Source: Candidatus Heimdallarchaeota archaeon
Lineage (GTDB): Archaea; Asgardarchaeota; Heimdallarchaeia; Hodarchaeales; Hodarchaeaceae
Direction: 5' to 3'
DNA: 64,000 nucleotides
Assembly: GCA_011364965.1 (NCBI GenBank)
Contig: RDOB01000003.1
Span: 64,001-128,000, forward strand
The translations under genes and the position numbers were made by a program. Below are positions 1 through 10,260 of the stretch, piece by piece (position 1 is the stretch's first letter; every line of letters begins with the position of its first letter). Below the pieces are notes generated by a model that did not search any database, was not told where the DNA came from, and saw nothing but the letters and a program-made list of their open reading frames with translations.

Positions 1-1
1 A

Positions 2-1033
2 AACACACCTGAGCATATTAAGCAAGCAGCGAAGGATGCGCTTGATGCAAATTTCACAGGATATGTACCCTCAAGTGGTATACAAGAACTGAAGGAAGTT
101 GTACAAGAAGAAGTCCAAAAAACACGGGGATTTACACCTTCTCTCAATCAGATCCTAATTCTACCAGGAGCTAATTCTGGGGTTTATTATACATTAAGAG
201 CAGTAGTAGAAAATGAAGCGCACGAAATTATCTATCCCAATCCAGGATTCCCAACATATGGATCAGTGGTAAATTATCTAAATGCTGGTGACAAAGCAGT
301 ACGTATTAAGGAAGAAAATGAATTTCGCCTAAATCCATTTGACATAGAGGAAAACCTTTCTCCAAATACAAAAGCAATCATCCTAAATAGCCCCCAAAAT
401 CCCACTGGATCAGTTATGAAGAAAGTAGAAATTCAAAAGATCGCTGAACTCGCAGAAAGACATGATTTTTATATTTTATCAGATGAAATTTACTCCAAAA
501 TGACATATGAAGAAGAATTTTTCTCCTGTTCTGTTCAAGATGAATGTAAAGAAAGAACTATCCTCCTAGATGGATTTTCCAAATCTTATTCCATGACAGG
601 ATGGCGACTTGGGTGGTTAATAGCCCCAGAGGAAATAGTAGATCGAATGGATCTTCTTATATCCATAGGGGTATCCTGTACATCCTCATTTGTGCAGAAA
701 GCTGGTGTGGCTGCATTAACAGGGCCACAAGACTCCATTCGAGAAAATATGATAGAATATCGAAAACGCAGAGACATGATTGTTAAGGGTTTGAATGAAG
801 TGAATGGGTTTTCTTGTTTAACCCCGCAAGGAGCTTTTTATGTTTTCCCGAATATAACTAAGACAGGAATGAGCTCACAAGAATGTGCGGATTACCTTTT
901 GAACCATGGGATAGCTTGTTTACCTGGAACAATATTTGGGAAAAACGGTGAAGGTTATCTACGATTCTCTTATGCAACATCAATTGATATAATAAAAGAA
1001 GGTATTGAGCAAATTAAGGCAATTTTCAATTAA
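2..1033 (+). CDS. Class I/II PLP-dependent (aspartate-type) aminotransferase, 5'-truncated by the window edge
   Basis: Frame is open from base 2 (NTPEHIKQAAKDAL..YVPSSGIQELK); motifs NSPQNPTG, SDEIY, GFSKSYSMTGWRLG (PLP lysine). Confidence 0.93.
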   Translation, partial: NTPEHIKQAAKDALDANFTGYVPSSGIQELKEVVQEEVQKTRGFTPSLNQILILPGANSGVYYTLRAVVENEAHEIIYPNPGFPTYGSVVNYLNAGDKAVRIKEENEFRLNPFDIEENLSPNTKAIILNSPQNPTGSVMKKVEIQKIAELAERHDFYILSDEIYSKMTYEEEFFSCSVQDECKERTILLDGFSKSYSMTGWRLGWLIAPEEIVDRMDLLISIGVSCTSSFVQKAGVAALTGPQDSIRENMIEYRKRRDMIVKGLNEVNGFSCLTPQGAFYVFPNITKTGMSSQECADYLLNHGIACLPGTIFGKNGEGYLRFSYATSIDIIKEGIEQIKAIFN

Positions 1034-1052
1034 AATTGTTGAAGGAATAATA

Positions 1053-2096
1053 ATGAAAGATATTACGCGTATTTGTTTCGTGGGATGGGGAGTAGTTGGT
1101 CAAGGGTTAGCTGAAATTCTTCTTGAACAAGAAAAGGAATTAAAAGAAAAATATGGCTTTGAATATAAAGTCGTAGCAATAGCAGATAAGCTTAAGGGGT
1201 CTGTTTATGATGAAAAGGGACTAGACCTTACTAAACTTCTTAAATTAGTAAAAGAAACAGGAAAGATTGATACTTATCCAGGAGGTATAAAAGGATGGGA
1301 TAGTATTCAAACAATCACAGAATCCAATGCTAATTTAATAGTAGAAGCAAGTTGGACCGATATAAATACTGGAGAGCCAGCTATAAGTCATGTTAAGAGT
1401 GCTATTGGGTGTCATAAACACGTGGTCATGACAAATAAGGGACCTATCGCTCTAGCAGTGAAAGAACTCTTAAAAATGGCAAAGAAAAATGGTGTACAAC
1501 TCAGATTTGAAGGAACAGTACTCAGTGGCACCCCTGCGATAAATCTTGCTCTGAAGAATTTAGCAGGCTCGAAAATAACGAAATTCGCTGGAATAGTCAA
1601 TGGAACTACCAATTATATTCTCACAGAGATGGAAAAAGGATTAAAATATCAAGATGCACTGAAACAAGCTCAAGAACTTGGGTACGCGGAAGCAGATCCG
1701 ACTGCAGATGTTGAAGGTTACGATGCGCTTGGAAAGGTAATTATACTTGCCAACGTTGTTCTTGGAGCGAATCTAACAAAGAATCAAGTCCTGTGTCAAG
1801 GGATTACTAAGATTACTTCAAAAGATATCGAAGATGCAAAACAGGAAGGAAAAAGGTGGAAACTGATTGCAGGGGCAGAGCTTAAGGAAGATGGTTCGAT
1901 TGTTGCCTCTGTTAAACCTTTAAAGATACCCCTCACTCACCCTCTGGCTTCCGTTGGAGGCCCAATTAACGCATTAACTTTTACCACAAAATATCTTGGA
2001 GATGTTACAATCATTGGCCCTGGTGCAGGAAGAGAGGCAACTGGATATGCATTACTGACTGATATCCTTGATATTCATCGGAATTTGACTAAATAA
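1053..2096 (+). CDS. hom: Homoserine dehydrogenase (no ACT domain)
   Basis: GWGVVG Rossmann motif, VVMTNKGP, FEGTVLSGTP, GIVNGTTNYIL, GYAEADPTADVEGYD, GPGAG; ATG at 1053 preferred over 1005. Confidence 0.93.
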   Translation: MKDITRICFVGWGVVGQGLAEILLEQEKELKEKYGFEYKVVAIADKLKGSVYDEKGLDLTKLLKLVKETGKIDTYPGGIKGWDSIQTITESNANLIVEASWTDINTGEPAISHVKSAIGCHKHVVMTNKGPIALAVKELLKMAKKNGVQLRFEGTVLSGTPAINLALKNLAGSKITKFAGIVNGTTNYILTEMEKGLKYQDALKQAQELGYAEADPTADVEGYDALGKVIILANVVLGANLTKNQVLCQGITKITSKDIEDAKQEGKRWKLIAGAELKEDGSIVASVKPLKIPLTHPLASVGGPINALTFTTKYLGDVTIIGPGAGREATGYALLTDILDIHRNLTK

Positions 2097-2128
2097 TATT
2101 AATAAAAAAATTAAGACGAAGTGGCTTT

Positions 2129-3925
2129 ATGGGTTACATGGGAAAATATCTTGACGTAAATTTAACCAATGGTAAGTTGAATGAGCTTCCTATTGATTTG
2201 AAGAAGGCAGAACAATTCATTGGAGGAAAGGGATTGGGTGCTAATATTCTATATGATTCTCTTGCAGCTAATGTTGATCCTTTAAGCTCAGAGAATATTA
2301 TCTTATTCATGACTGGTCCCTTGACCGGTACATCGATTCAAACATCAGGAAGATGGTGTATAGTCACCAAATCCCCTCACACGGGAATCTTTCTAGATAG
2401 TCAGGTAGGAGGCAAGTTTGGCCATCGATTAAAGCAAGCTGGTTACGACTATATACTTGTACGTGGAAAATCCGCTGAACCTGTTTATCTTGAAGTATCT
2501 TCAGACGGATTTGAACTTCATTCTGCAATTAAACTATGGGGTAAAGGAAATTATGAAACAGAAGTAGATTTGAGAAAAATACATCCCAAAATGGAAGTTG
2601 CTTCAATAGGACCAGCTGGAGAAAATTTAGTAAGTTATGCTACAATAACGACAGATAAAACCCACATAGCAGGTAGAGGAGGAGCAGGAGCAGTTATGGG
2701 ATCGAAAAATCTCAAAGCTATTGTAGCTGGGGGAACAGAAGCAATAAACGTGAGTAATCCTAACCAATTTGCTAGGTTAACACGAAAATTTGGTAAAAAG
2801 GTCCGAGCAAACCCTGGAGTTAAAAGAAGACATGAAATTGGTACTGTAATGTGGGTAAGGATGGCAAATGAGGCTGGTTTTCTTCCAACACATAATTTTC
2901 AATCTGGAGTTTTTAAGGGAGCAGAAAATATTTCAGGAGAACGGATGAGAGATGAATATGTTGTGGGACATACAGCTTGCTACCGTTGTGCTATCGCTTG
3001 TGGTAAAACCACACGATTTACAGAAGGAATGTATTCAGGGTTAGAAGTTGATGGACCAGAATATGAGACATCTGCATTAATGGGAGCAAGCTGCGGTATT
3101 GATGACCTTGGGGCTATAGCAAAAGCTAACGCAATTTGTGATGATCTCGGACTAGATACAATTACTGCAGGAGGAACCATTGCTTTTGCAATGGAATGCA
3201 TGGAAAAGAATATTTTAAAACAGCGTGAACTTCCTGATCTTCATTTCGGAAATGCAGAAGCTCTGCATACCTTTTTACACAAGATTGCATACAGGGAGGG
3301 AATGGGAGACCTATTTGCTAAGGGATCGTTAATAGCTGCAAAATCATTGGGAAAGAATAGTTCTGATTTCGCGATACAAGTAAAAGGATTAGAACTTGCT
3401 GGAGTGGAACCACGAGGTTCTTTCGGAATGGCTTTGGCTTATAGCACCTCTGATCGGGGTGGATGTCATCAAAGATGTTGGACACCAGGAGCAGAACTTT
3501 CGGGTTCTCTCACAAGATTTTCTTTCAAAAGCGTTCCAAAGTTTGTAAAGGATTCTCAGGATGAACGAGCAGCGTGCTTTTCTCTTGTACTATGTGATTT
3601 CCTTCCTTTCGATCTACCAGAAATGGTAGAAATGCTAAATATGACAACTGGTTTTAGTTACACTTCTGAAACATACCTCCGAGCAGGTGAACGAATTTGG
3701 AATCAAACAAGACTATTTAATGTACGAGAAGGAATGACCGCAACTAACGATGTACTTCCAAACCGATTCTACATCGAGAAAGCTCCAGAAGGAGATCCTA
3801 AGGGTCAAATAATCGATAAAAAAGCATTTGAAAAAGCAAAACAGGAATATTACTCTTTCAGAAATTGGGATTCACAGGGAATCCCAACGCAAAAGAAATT
3901 AGAGGAATTGAATCTTCAGTTTTGA
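2129..3925 (+). CDS. aor: Tungsten-dependent aldehyde:ferredoxin oxidoreductase family protein
   Basis: IGGKGLG, IGPAGENLV, AGRGGAGAVMGSKNLKAI, CYRCAIAC, GPEYET, DDLGLDTI, DRGGCH. Confidence 0.92.
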   Translation: MGYMGKYLDVNLTNGKLNELPIDLKKAEQFIGGKGLGANILYDSLAANVDPLSSENIILFMTGPLTGTSIQTSGRWCIVTKSPHTGIFLDSQVGGKFGHRLKQAGYDYILVRGKSAEPVYLEVSSDGFELHSAIKLWGKGNYETEVDLRKIHPKMEVASIGPAGENLVSYATITTDKTHIAGRGGAGAVMGSKNLKAIVAGGTEAINVSNPNQFARLTRKFGKKVRANPGVKRRHEIGTVMWVRMANEAGFLPTHNFQSGVFKGAENISGERMRDEYVVGHTACYRCAIACGKTTRFTEGMYSGLEVDGPEYETSALMGASCGIDDLGAIAKANAICDDLGLDTITAGGTIAFAMECMEKNILKQRELPDLHFGNAEALHTFLHKIAYREGMGDLFAKGSLIAAKSLGKNSSDFAIQVKGLELAGVEPRGSFGMALAYSTSDRGGCHQRCWTPGAELSGSLTRFSFKSVPKFVKDSQDERAACFSLVLCDFLPFDLPEMVEMLNMTTGFSYTSETYLRAGERIWNQTRLFNVREGMTATNDVLPNRFYIEKAPEGDPKGQIIDKKAFEKAKQEYYSFRNWDSQGIPTQKKLEELNLQF

Positions 3926-4089
3926 AACAATGTTATTTTTGGAACTATAAATCAAGTCATTTTATTCAGAATACCTTAAATGCAATATATAACTGAACTG
4001 AGAAAGACCGCGATCTCAATCCCCTAATAGACTGATTTGAAGACCAAAAGCTATTATCTGAGATTTAGTTTTATTTAGAGGTTTGTAAA

Positions 4090-6183
4090 TTGTCTTTGAA
4101 TGAAGAATATTTACAATTAATTCCATCATGGTATCATCCCTTCTTTAAGTATGTTCCAGAAAACGAATTAGAAAGTATTCACATGCAAATAGAATTTGAT
4201 CGCTCTAACAGAACAACTACTATTCCTTTCTTTCAAGAGCTGTCTGAAGTCTGTTTAAAACTGTATAAAAACCGTAAAGTGCGAAGTAGATATTTTGCTT
4301 ATTTATTAGGGCGATTGACTATTTCAGCGGGAAGAAATAAAGAACTAAAGGAACTTATGAAGGATTTTGATGGCATTCCTGAACTGAAATTATGGATGGG
4401 AGAAATTTTGGTAGGTGAAGGAGATTATGAAGGCGCACGACAAATCTACCAGCAATGTGAAAAAACTATCACAAGCGAAAATCCTTATCCTTACTTGGAT
4501 TTAAAATTAAAGAAATCAAACATTGTAGTTGCTACTAATGAATATGAAAAAGGGATGGAAGAAAATGAGGAGTTAATGGATCTAATAGATTTCATTCAAC
4601 GACAGCACGAAGGATTAGATACTATAATGTTTGAATTTACTGGTAAATGTGAACGAGTTCAAATTCTCCTAGAACTGGGACGCATTCCTGAAGCTCAGGA
4701 TTTAGTGGAGGAATTACTTCATAGGGTTGAATCAATTGAGAATCAAGAGGTCCAAGGATATATTTACGTCGTATCGGGTCTCCTGAAACAGGTTTTAGGT
4801 AAGATTCCCGAATCTAAAGACCTTTTTTTAAAAGCTAAGGCGATCTACAATGCGATCGGAGAAGTTCCAAGCGTAACATTTGTTGATGGAGTATTAGGGG
4901 TATTTGCAATTATTGAGGGAAATCGTGCGAAAGGAGAAGAGATCTTAGAAGATGTAATTGATAGATTCCGTGAATTAAACTCATTGTTTGATGTAGTGCA
5001 ATTTTCAATGATACTAGCTCAATCCTATTCAGGAGCAGATGAAAAAGATAAAGCTCATGCCTTAGTGAAAGAACTTGATAAGTATTTAGATCAAATGAAA
5101 GAGATTACACAAAGTACCTGCATTGATGTAGCGCGAATAGCAATTAACAATGAGGATACTAAACTAGCACAAAAGTATCTTGAAAAATTGCGTTCTTCAT
5201 TAACGAAAAACCCCTCAGTATATAACCAAATAAGCTTGCATATTTTAGAATCATCTTCAGAATCTACTCAAGCAAATATGCACACTGGAATAGCGCAAAC
5301 AGAGAAAGCTTTAGAAATTGCAGAAAGAAATGAAATTCTACCTCAAGTTTTAACCTGCAAAATACGACTTTCAAGTCTAAATCTCACAAAATGGATGTAT
5401 GTAGAAAACGACCAGTTATTGCGTATATCGCAATCGAATTTGTATGACGCTCTCATGCTTATACCATCTGATAATCCGAATCGTGTTGAATTTCAGGTCA
5501 TAGGAGCGATGATAGAACAACTTCTTGGAAACGAATTCGAAAATACACTCACTAAAATTGATGAAATAAGGCAAGAAGTCCAAAAAAGTGCTTGGGGAGA
5601 AGATATATTATCTAAAGTAGAGAAAAACAGACTTAAGATTCAAAAATTGAAGGATTTGTACGAAAAGGAAGAATTAGTGGAAGATGATATTAAAATATTG
5701 CTCTACAACACAATTCGTAGATTGTTAATAGGTTTAAGTGGAATTCATGTAGATCAAGTCAAAACTACAGAAATTCGGATGATTTTGATTGTAAACGAAG
5801 CGGGATTGCCCATTTTTGTCAAGAATTTTGGAACAGCAGGTGAAAATGAAGATCTACTGCTTTCAGGGTTTCTAACAGCATTGAATAGCTTTTCATCGGT
5901 TTTTTCCAGTACACCTGAAGGACATTTGAAGGTAATACGGCATGAAAATTATTCTATTATGGTAGAAATATATCTATCATATATGATTGCCATGGTATGC
6001 CTCGAAGACACCTATGAAGCGCATCAAAAACTTCATAGACTTGTTACATTACTCAGTAAAGACGAATTTATTAAATTCCGTGATTTATCCCAAACTACAG
6101 AGCGTTTACCTCAATTTGAGGAATCAATCTCAGCGAAAATTAATAACCTCTTCCCTGTTCCCCAGAAGAATCCAACAGAGTGA
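4090..6183 (+). CDS. TPR-like helical repeat protein with C-terminal longin/roadblock-like domain
   Basis: Amphipathic repeats (LGRIPEAQDL, LGKIPESKDLF, GNRAKGEEIL); C-terminal MILIVNEAGLPIF..LLSGFLTALNSFS..LKVIRHENYSIMVE pattern typical of Asgard longin-like domains. Confidence 0.7.
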   Translation: MSLNEEYLQLIPSWYHPFFKYVPENELESIHMQIEFDRSNRTTTIPFFQELSEVCLKLYKNRKVRSRYFAYLLGRLTISAGRNKELKELMKDFDGIPELKLWMGEILVGEGDYEGARQIYQQCEKTITSENPYPYLDLKLKKSNIVVATNEYEKGMEENEELMDLIDFIQRQHEGLDTIMFEFTGKCERVQILLELGRIPEAQDLVEELLHRVESIENQEVQGYIYVVSGLLKQVLGKIPESKDLFLKAKAIYNAIGEVPSVTFVDGVLGVFAIIEGNRAKGEEILEDVIDRFRELNSLFDVVQFSMILAQSYSGADEKDKAHALVKELDKYLDQMKEITQSTCIDVARIAINNEDTKLAQKYLEKLRSSLTKNPSVYNQISLHILESSSESTQANMHTGIAQTEKALEIAERNEILPQVLTCKIRLSSLNLTKWMYVENDQLLRISQSNLYDALMLIPSDNPNRVEFQVIGAMIEQLLGNEFENTLTKIDEIRQEVQKSAWGEDILSKVEKNRLKIQKLKDLYEKEELVEDDIKILLYNTIRRLLIGLSGIHVDQVKTTEIRMILIVNEAGLPIFVKNFGTAGENEDLLLSGFLTALNSFSSVFSSTPEGHLKVIRHENYSIMVEIYLSYMIAMVCLEDTYEAHQKLHRLVTLLSKDEFIKFRDLSQTTERLPQFEESISAKINNLFPVPQKNPTE

Positions 6184-6187
6184 ATAT

Positions 6188-6940
6188 CTACAAAGTAATT
6201 TGAATCTCCCTAATAAGGAAATCTACAATATTCTGTAAATAAATCTCCCCCTTCTCAGCAGTTGCTGAACGAGGATCACCCAGAACACCAATATCAGTTA
6301 GAGAGATCAATCCATCCTTAAAAAGTTTATTTATCTCTTCTTTTCCTAATTCACCGAGAAAACCTTCTGTGAATCGGTCTTTTCGGACAAATTTACTTTC
6401 TGTGGCAAGAACCATAGAAGTCTCATTTTCTCCAGCATGAATCCCCGCCTCTTCTTTACTCAACCCAGTATCTATAGATGGTCTTATAAGCTCCGTTACG
6501 AATTTATCAAGATCTGTTATACCTAAAATTTTCACATTAGGGTATTTTGGAGCTAATTCTGCAATTGCATCAGCTGTTGGTTTAAAATTCCCGCCATGGA
6601 AAGGGATCAAAATAATTTTAGTAAATCTATGATTCACAAGACTAATAATATAGTCAGTAATTACTGCTTTTAACGTCGAAGATTTCAAAGAGATTGTACC
6701 AGGAAAATCAAGGTGATGATCGGAACAACCAATTCGAATGGTTGGAGCTTGCAAAGCATTTTCCAGCTTGAGAGCCACTCGATTAGTTATAGTCTCAGCT
6801 AATAGGGAATCAGTTTTTTCAGGTAAGTGTGGACCGTGTTGCTCTGATGATCCTAATCCAAAAACAACGGTCTTGTATCCAGATTGAATTTTTTTTCCAA
6901 TATCTACCCAAGTTAAATCTTCTAAGCGAATAGAATCCAT
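6188..6940 (-). CDS. Creatininase / creatinine amidohydrolase family protein
   Basis: GSSEQHGPHLP..TD, GCSDHHLDFPGT, HGGN, HAGENETS, GVLGDP. Confidence 0.92.
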   Translation of the reverse strand: MDSIRLEDLTWVDIGKKIQSGYKTVVFGLGSSEQHGPHLPEKTDSLLAETITNRVALKLENALQAPTIRIGCSDHHLDFPGTISLKSSTLKAVITDYIISLVNHRFTKIILIPFHGGNFKPTADAIAELAPKYPNVKILGITDLDKFVTELIRPSIDTGLSKEEAGIHAGENETSMVLATESKFVRKDRFTEGFLGELGKEEINKLFKDGLISLTDIGVLGDPRSATAEKGEIYLQNIVDFLIREIQITL

Positions 6941-6970
6941 AAATAAGGAACCCCATTACCCTGATTGAAA

Positions 6971-7225
6971 TCATTCTGATTTATTAGGGAAGAATTTGGA
7001 CTGAACTTCGGTTAAAGCGGTAATTATTTCTTCAAGATCACTAGGTCCAATCTGTACCGACATCGCATCTCCCAATTTTGTCTTATATGAACGGCCATTA
7101 ATCATTGAAAGATTAATATTTCTATATTGACCTTTTTGGGTTACAGAAATAACCATCTTTCCATCAAATCTCACATTAATCCATTTATCAAATAAAGTGT
7201 CTGTTTTTCCTGACAATTTACTCAC
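6971..7225 (-). CDS. Small hypothetical protein (possible PC4/PUR-like beta-sheet plus helix fold)
   Basis: 84-aa ORF co-oriented with neighbours; alternating strand pattern, then C-terminal helix DLEEIITAL. Confidence 0.55.
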   Translation of the reverse strand: MSKLSGKTDTLFDKWINVRFDGKMVISVTQKGQYRNINLSMINGRSYKTKLGDAMSVQIGPSDLEEIITALTEVQSKFFPNKSE

Positions 7226-7384
7226 CGAATCTTTGAATTTTGATTAGAGGCAACAAAGAACATTTATTTATCATTTTTTGCATTTTTAGTGAATAAATTT
7301 CTACAATAAAAAAAGAGGATAGAGGAACGAAAAATAATTTTTCCTGAACAAATCCGTGAGATGACTTATCATTGGAATGAATTT

Positions 7385-8038
7385 TTATTGAATTAATTCA
7401 CTCCAGCTCTGGAATACCTTCGTTGCGCCAAATTTAAAAAAATCTTGAAAATCTCTTCTTCCATAACAAAACCCATATCGCTCAGGAATTGAAAATTCTT
7501 TATAACAGGGGAAATATCCAGGAAAGTCATCAACAACACGGATAATTGATATGGATTCAATTGTGTCGAATATTCGTGTTAATTGTTCTTTCCTTGTAAC
7601 AGTTAAAGGAACTTTGAAGAGCTGATCCTCCTTCTCAATCATAAAGAGATTAGATTCCTTAATTGGAAAACCAAAGCTTTTCAATTCATTAATTGTTAAA
7701 GATCGAACTTTTTCAAGCCTTCCGGTAAGATAAATCAATTGATATGCGTTTTTCCAAAGTTGTAAGACTTTTGCTGCGGTAGGAATTGCTAAATTTAACT
7801 TCATCAGGTCAATACCTAAACTATTCCTACACAATAAGATATCCTGGAATTGTTGGGTCAGCTCATTCGCACGAGCTTTTTGATCATCGTTTGCATATTT
7901 AGCAAAAACTTGATTGAGATTTAAATTTTTCATATCATCCAGAGAGATTTCACAATCCAGAAGTAACTCACCTATGGCCTTTGTTCGAGGTATACTATCA
8001 ATAAGCGTGTCATCTATATCAATCAAAATTGTCTTCAT
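7385..8038 (-). CDS. HAD-superfamily hydrolase
   Basis: DIDDTL motif I, YLTGR motif II, VVDD motif IV. Confidence 0.85.
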   Translation of the reverse strand: MKTILIDIDDTLIDSIPRTKAIGELLLDCEISLDDMKNLNLNQVFAKYANDDQKARANELTQQFQDILLCRNSLGIDLMKLNLAIPTAAKVLQLWKNAYQLIYLTGRLEKVRSLTINELKSFGFPIKESNLFMIEKEDQLFKVPLTVTRKEQLTRIFDTIESISIIRVVDDFPGYFPCYKEFSIPERYGFCYGRRDFQDFFKFGATKVFQSWSELIQ

Positions 8039-8186
8039 TGTTATTTTATCCTTATGCTTTAATTTTTCCTTTGAATTTTGTAAAATAGGTAAGATAGTCA
8101 GTATTCACCCTTTCATTACCTTTAATAGGTTTATATATAGTCATAAATGACCCCTGACTGAAAGTAGGATAATCGGAAGTATTCAT

Positions 8187-8456
8187 TCAATTTAACCTAG
8201 CTTTATGATTGGGAAAACCAGTTTCTTTTGCACAATAATAGTGTCTACGAGCATCATTCAAATCAACTAATTGAATTACAAGGTTTGCTCGAATTAGATA
8301 ATGAATTGCGTACCTAATCGTCCTATCTGAATATAGTGTCATATTCGCAATTTCCTCAATATTCATATAACTCGACTCTAGAAGAATCTCATAGACTTTT
8401 TTTGCTGAAGGAGGAAAATTTTCAAAAGAAGAGTAATTCTGAACAACGGTCATCAA
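8187..8456 (-). CDS. Small winged-HTH (MarR/TrmB-like) regulator
   Basis: PPSAKKVYEIL..IEEIANMTLYSDRTIRYAI..DARRHYY. Confidence 0.8.
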   Translation of the reverse strand: MMTVVQNYSSFENFPPSAKKVYEILLESSYMNIEEIANMTLYSDRTIRYAIHYLIRANLVIQLVDLNDARRHYYCAKETGFPNHKARLN

Positions 8457-8656
8457 GATACTTCCACTAAGTGATTTGAATTCGTTTTATGATTTTAATG
8501 AACCAATAGTAAACATTCACTTTTACAACGAATTTCATTATGTCACAAATTTTAGAACGTTATAAACCTTGCTTTACTCATTTTAGATTGAACTCAAATT
8601 AAAGATAAAAAATGCATCTAGTTTAATAGAAATATATAAAAAAATTGGAGAGAAGA

Positions 8657-9268
8657 TTACATCTCGTCAAGCTTAGGGATAGCAACTAAAAAAAGCAAAA
8701 ATTGTTCCTCCTTCTCAAAGTTTGTACTTTGATAACCCTCTTGATTCTCTCCCCTCTCTTTTGCTCTACTCCATAGCTCTTTCCTCAGTTCCATCAATTT
8801 ATTTAACGTAAATATATAATCTTCTTTATTCATACCATATAATTTAATAAGAAAGGGAGTTTGAGAATTTTGCTGAAAATTAGAGAATTTTTCCTTATCT
8901 AAGGTTTCAAGAGATACGAGATCTTCTTGAATAAATGCATTGAAAAATCGGATAAAAGATGAAAATGTTAAAGGTTCTTTACTAACTGATTGGTTATAAT
9001 TCTTATTAATAATTCTGGAAGTTTCGGGATCTTCAATAGCTATCTCTGAACGTCTCCATACTTTTTTATTTAAATTTCTAACACGTACTTCATCTGAAAC
9101 TATAAATCCATCTTCCTCCAGAGCATTTAAATAATAATAGACAGTTGTTAAAGGAACTTTTATATTAGAAGCGATTTCTTTTGCGGAAATTTCGCCACCA
9201 TGACGTGTGACCTGTGCTAACACATCTGCACTTAATTTATCTGACAATAATTCATGAATAGTCTTCAT
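8657..9268 (-). CDS. ArsR-like winged-HTH transcriptional regulator
   Basis: SAKEIASNIKVPLTTVYYYLNALEEDGFI. Confidence 0.8.
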   Translation of the reverse strand: MKTIHELLSDKLSADVLAQVTRHGGEISAKEIASNIKVPLTTVYYYLNALEEDGFIVSDEVRVRNLNKKVWRRSEIAIEDPETSRIINKNYNQSVSKEPLTFSSFIRFFNAFIQEDLVSLETLDKEKFSNFQQNSQTPFLIKLYGMNKEDYIFTLNKLMELRKELWSRAKERGENQEGYQSTNFEKEEQFLLFLVAIPKLDEM

Positions 9269-9437
9269 GTGTTTTTTCGACCTTCAAAATTATAAATACA
9301 TTTAAATTATAAATAATGTTTCGATTCAAATATTGAGACATTTCAAAAAAGTAATCTTAGTGTAATTCCTGGAAAAGAAATTTTCTCTCTCCCATTAAGA
9401 GGAAAAGGGTCTTTGAAACGCTATAGAAGAGACAATA

Positions 9438-10229
9438 ATGTCAAGAAAAGGAGTTAAGAAAAGAATGAAACATTTAGTACTCGGACATCATGGAGAAGTA
9501 GGTTCTGCCATCTACAAATTACTTAAAAATCATGCAGATTACATAGTTCATGGGATAGATATTGTAGAGACGACTTTTAAAAATAAAAACATAAAATTTG
9601 ATACTATTCATGTATGCATTCCATTTTTACCCGAAGATGAATTCTATAGAACAGTAAAGGATGTACTTACATATGGAAAGAAAGAAGTTATCCTGATAAT
9701 TCACTCAACCGTAAAACCAGGAACGACAAACAGCTTAAATGAATTCTGTAAAAATGTCGTTTATTCCCCAGTTCGGGGACGCCATGCAGAAGGATTAATT
9801 CATGGATTAAAAACTTATCAGAAGTTTTATATGTCTGAAAATAACGAAATTTTATCTATTGTTGAACAAATTTTTGACCGAATGAACATTCCTTCGAAAG
9901 CCATTTCTGGAAATCCGACATCATTGGAATATGCTAAGCTTTTTAATACGACATGGCATTATATGAACGTGGTATTCGCTGAAGAAGTTTATACGATGGC
10001 TGAAGAAAAAGAATTGGATTTGGAAGTCATTTCGTCATTTATAGATTCTACAATGGATCGAAAAATATATCCATATGCACAAGCGGTTGGAAATAAAAAG
10101 AATGATCATTGTTTGGATCCGAATGCACATTTATTGTCACAAGAAGGATCATCATTTGCAGCTTTTCTGATTTCTCGCAATTATGAATTTTATAAAAAAT
10201 ATGGAAACGAACAAAAACGAATCAAATGA
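9438..10229 (+). CDS. Short UDP-glucose/GDP-mannose dehydrogenase-like protein
   Basis: GHHGEVG, HVCIP, IHSTVKPGTT, YSPVRG, EYAKLFNT, DHCL; C-terminal UDP-binding domain missing. Confidence 0.7.
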   Translation: MSRKGVKKRMKHLVLGHHGEVGSAIYKLLKNHADYIVHGIDIVETTFKNKNIKFDTIHVCIPFLPEDEFYRTVKDVLTYGKKEVILIIHSTVKPGTTNSLNEFCKNVVYSPVRGRHAEGLIHGLKTYQKFYMSENNEILSIVEQIFDRMNIPSKAISGNPTSLEYAKLFNTTWHYMNVVFAEEVYTMAEEKELDLEVISSFIDSTMDRKIYPYAQAVGNKKNDHCLDPNAHLLSQEGSSFAAFLISRNYEFYKKYGNEQKRIK

Positions 10230-10260
10230 AAATAACCACGTTTGGAGAAATTCAGGCAGT

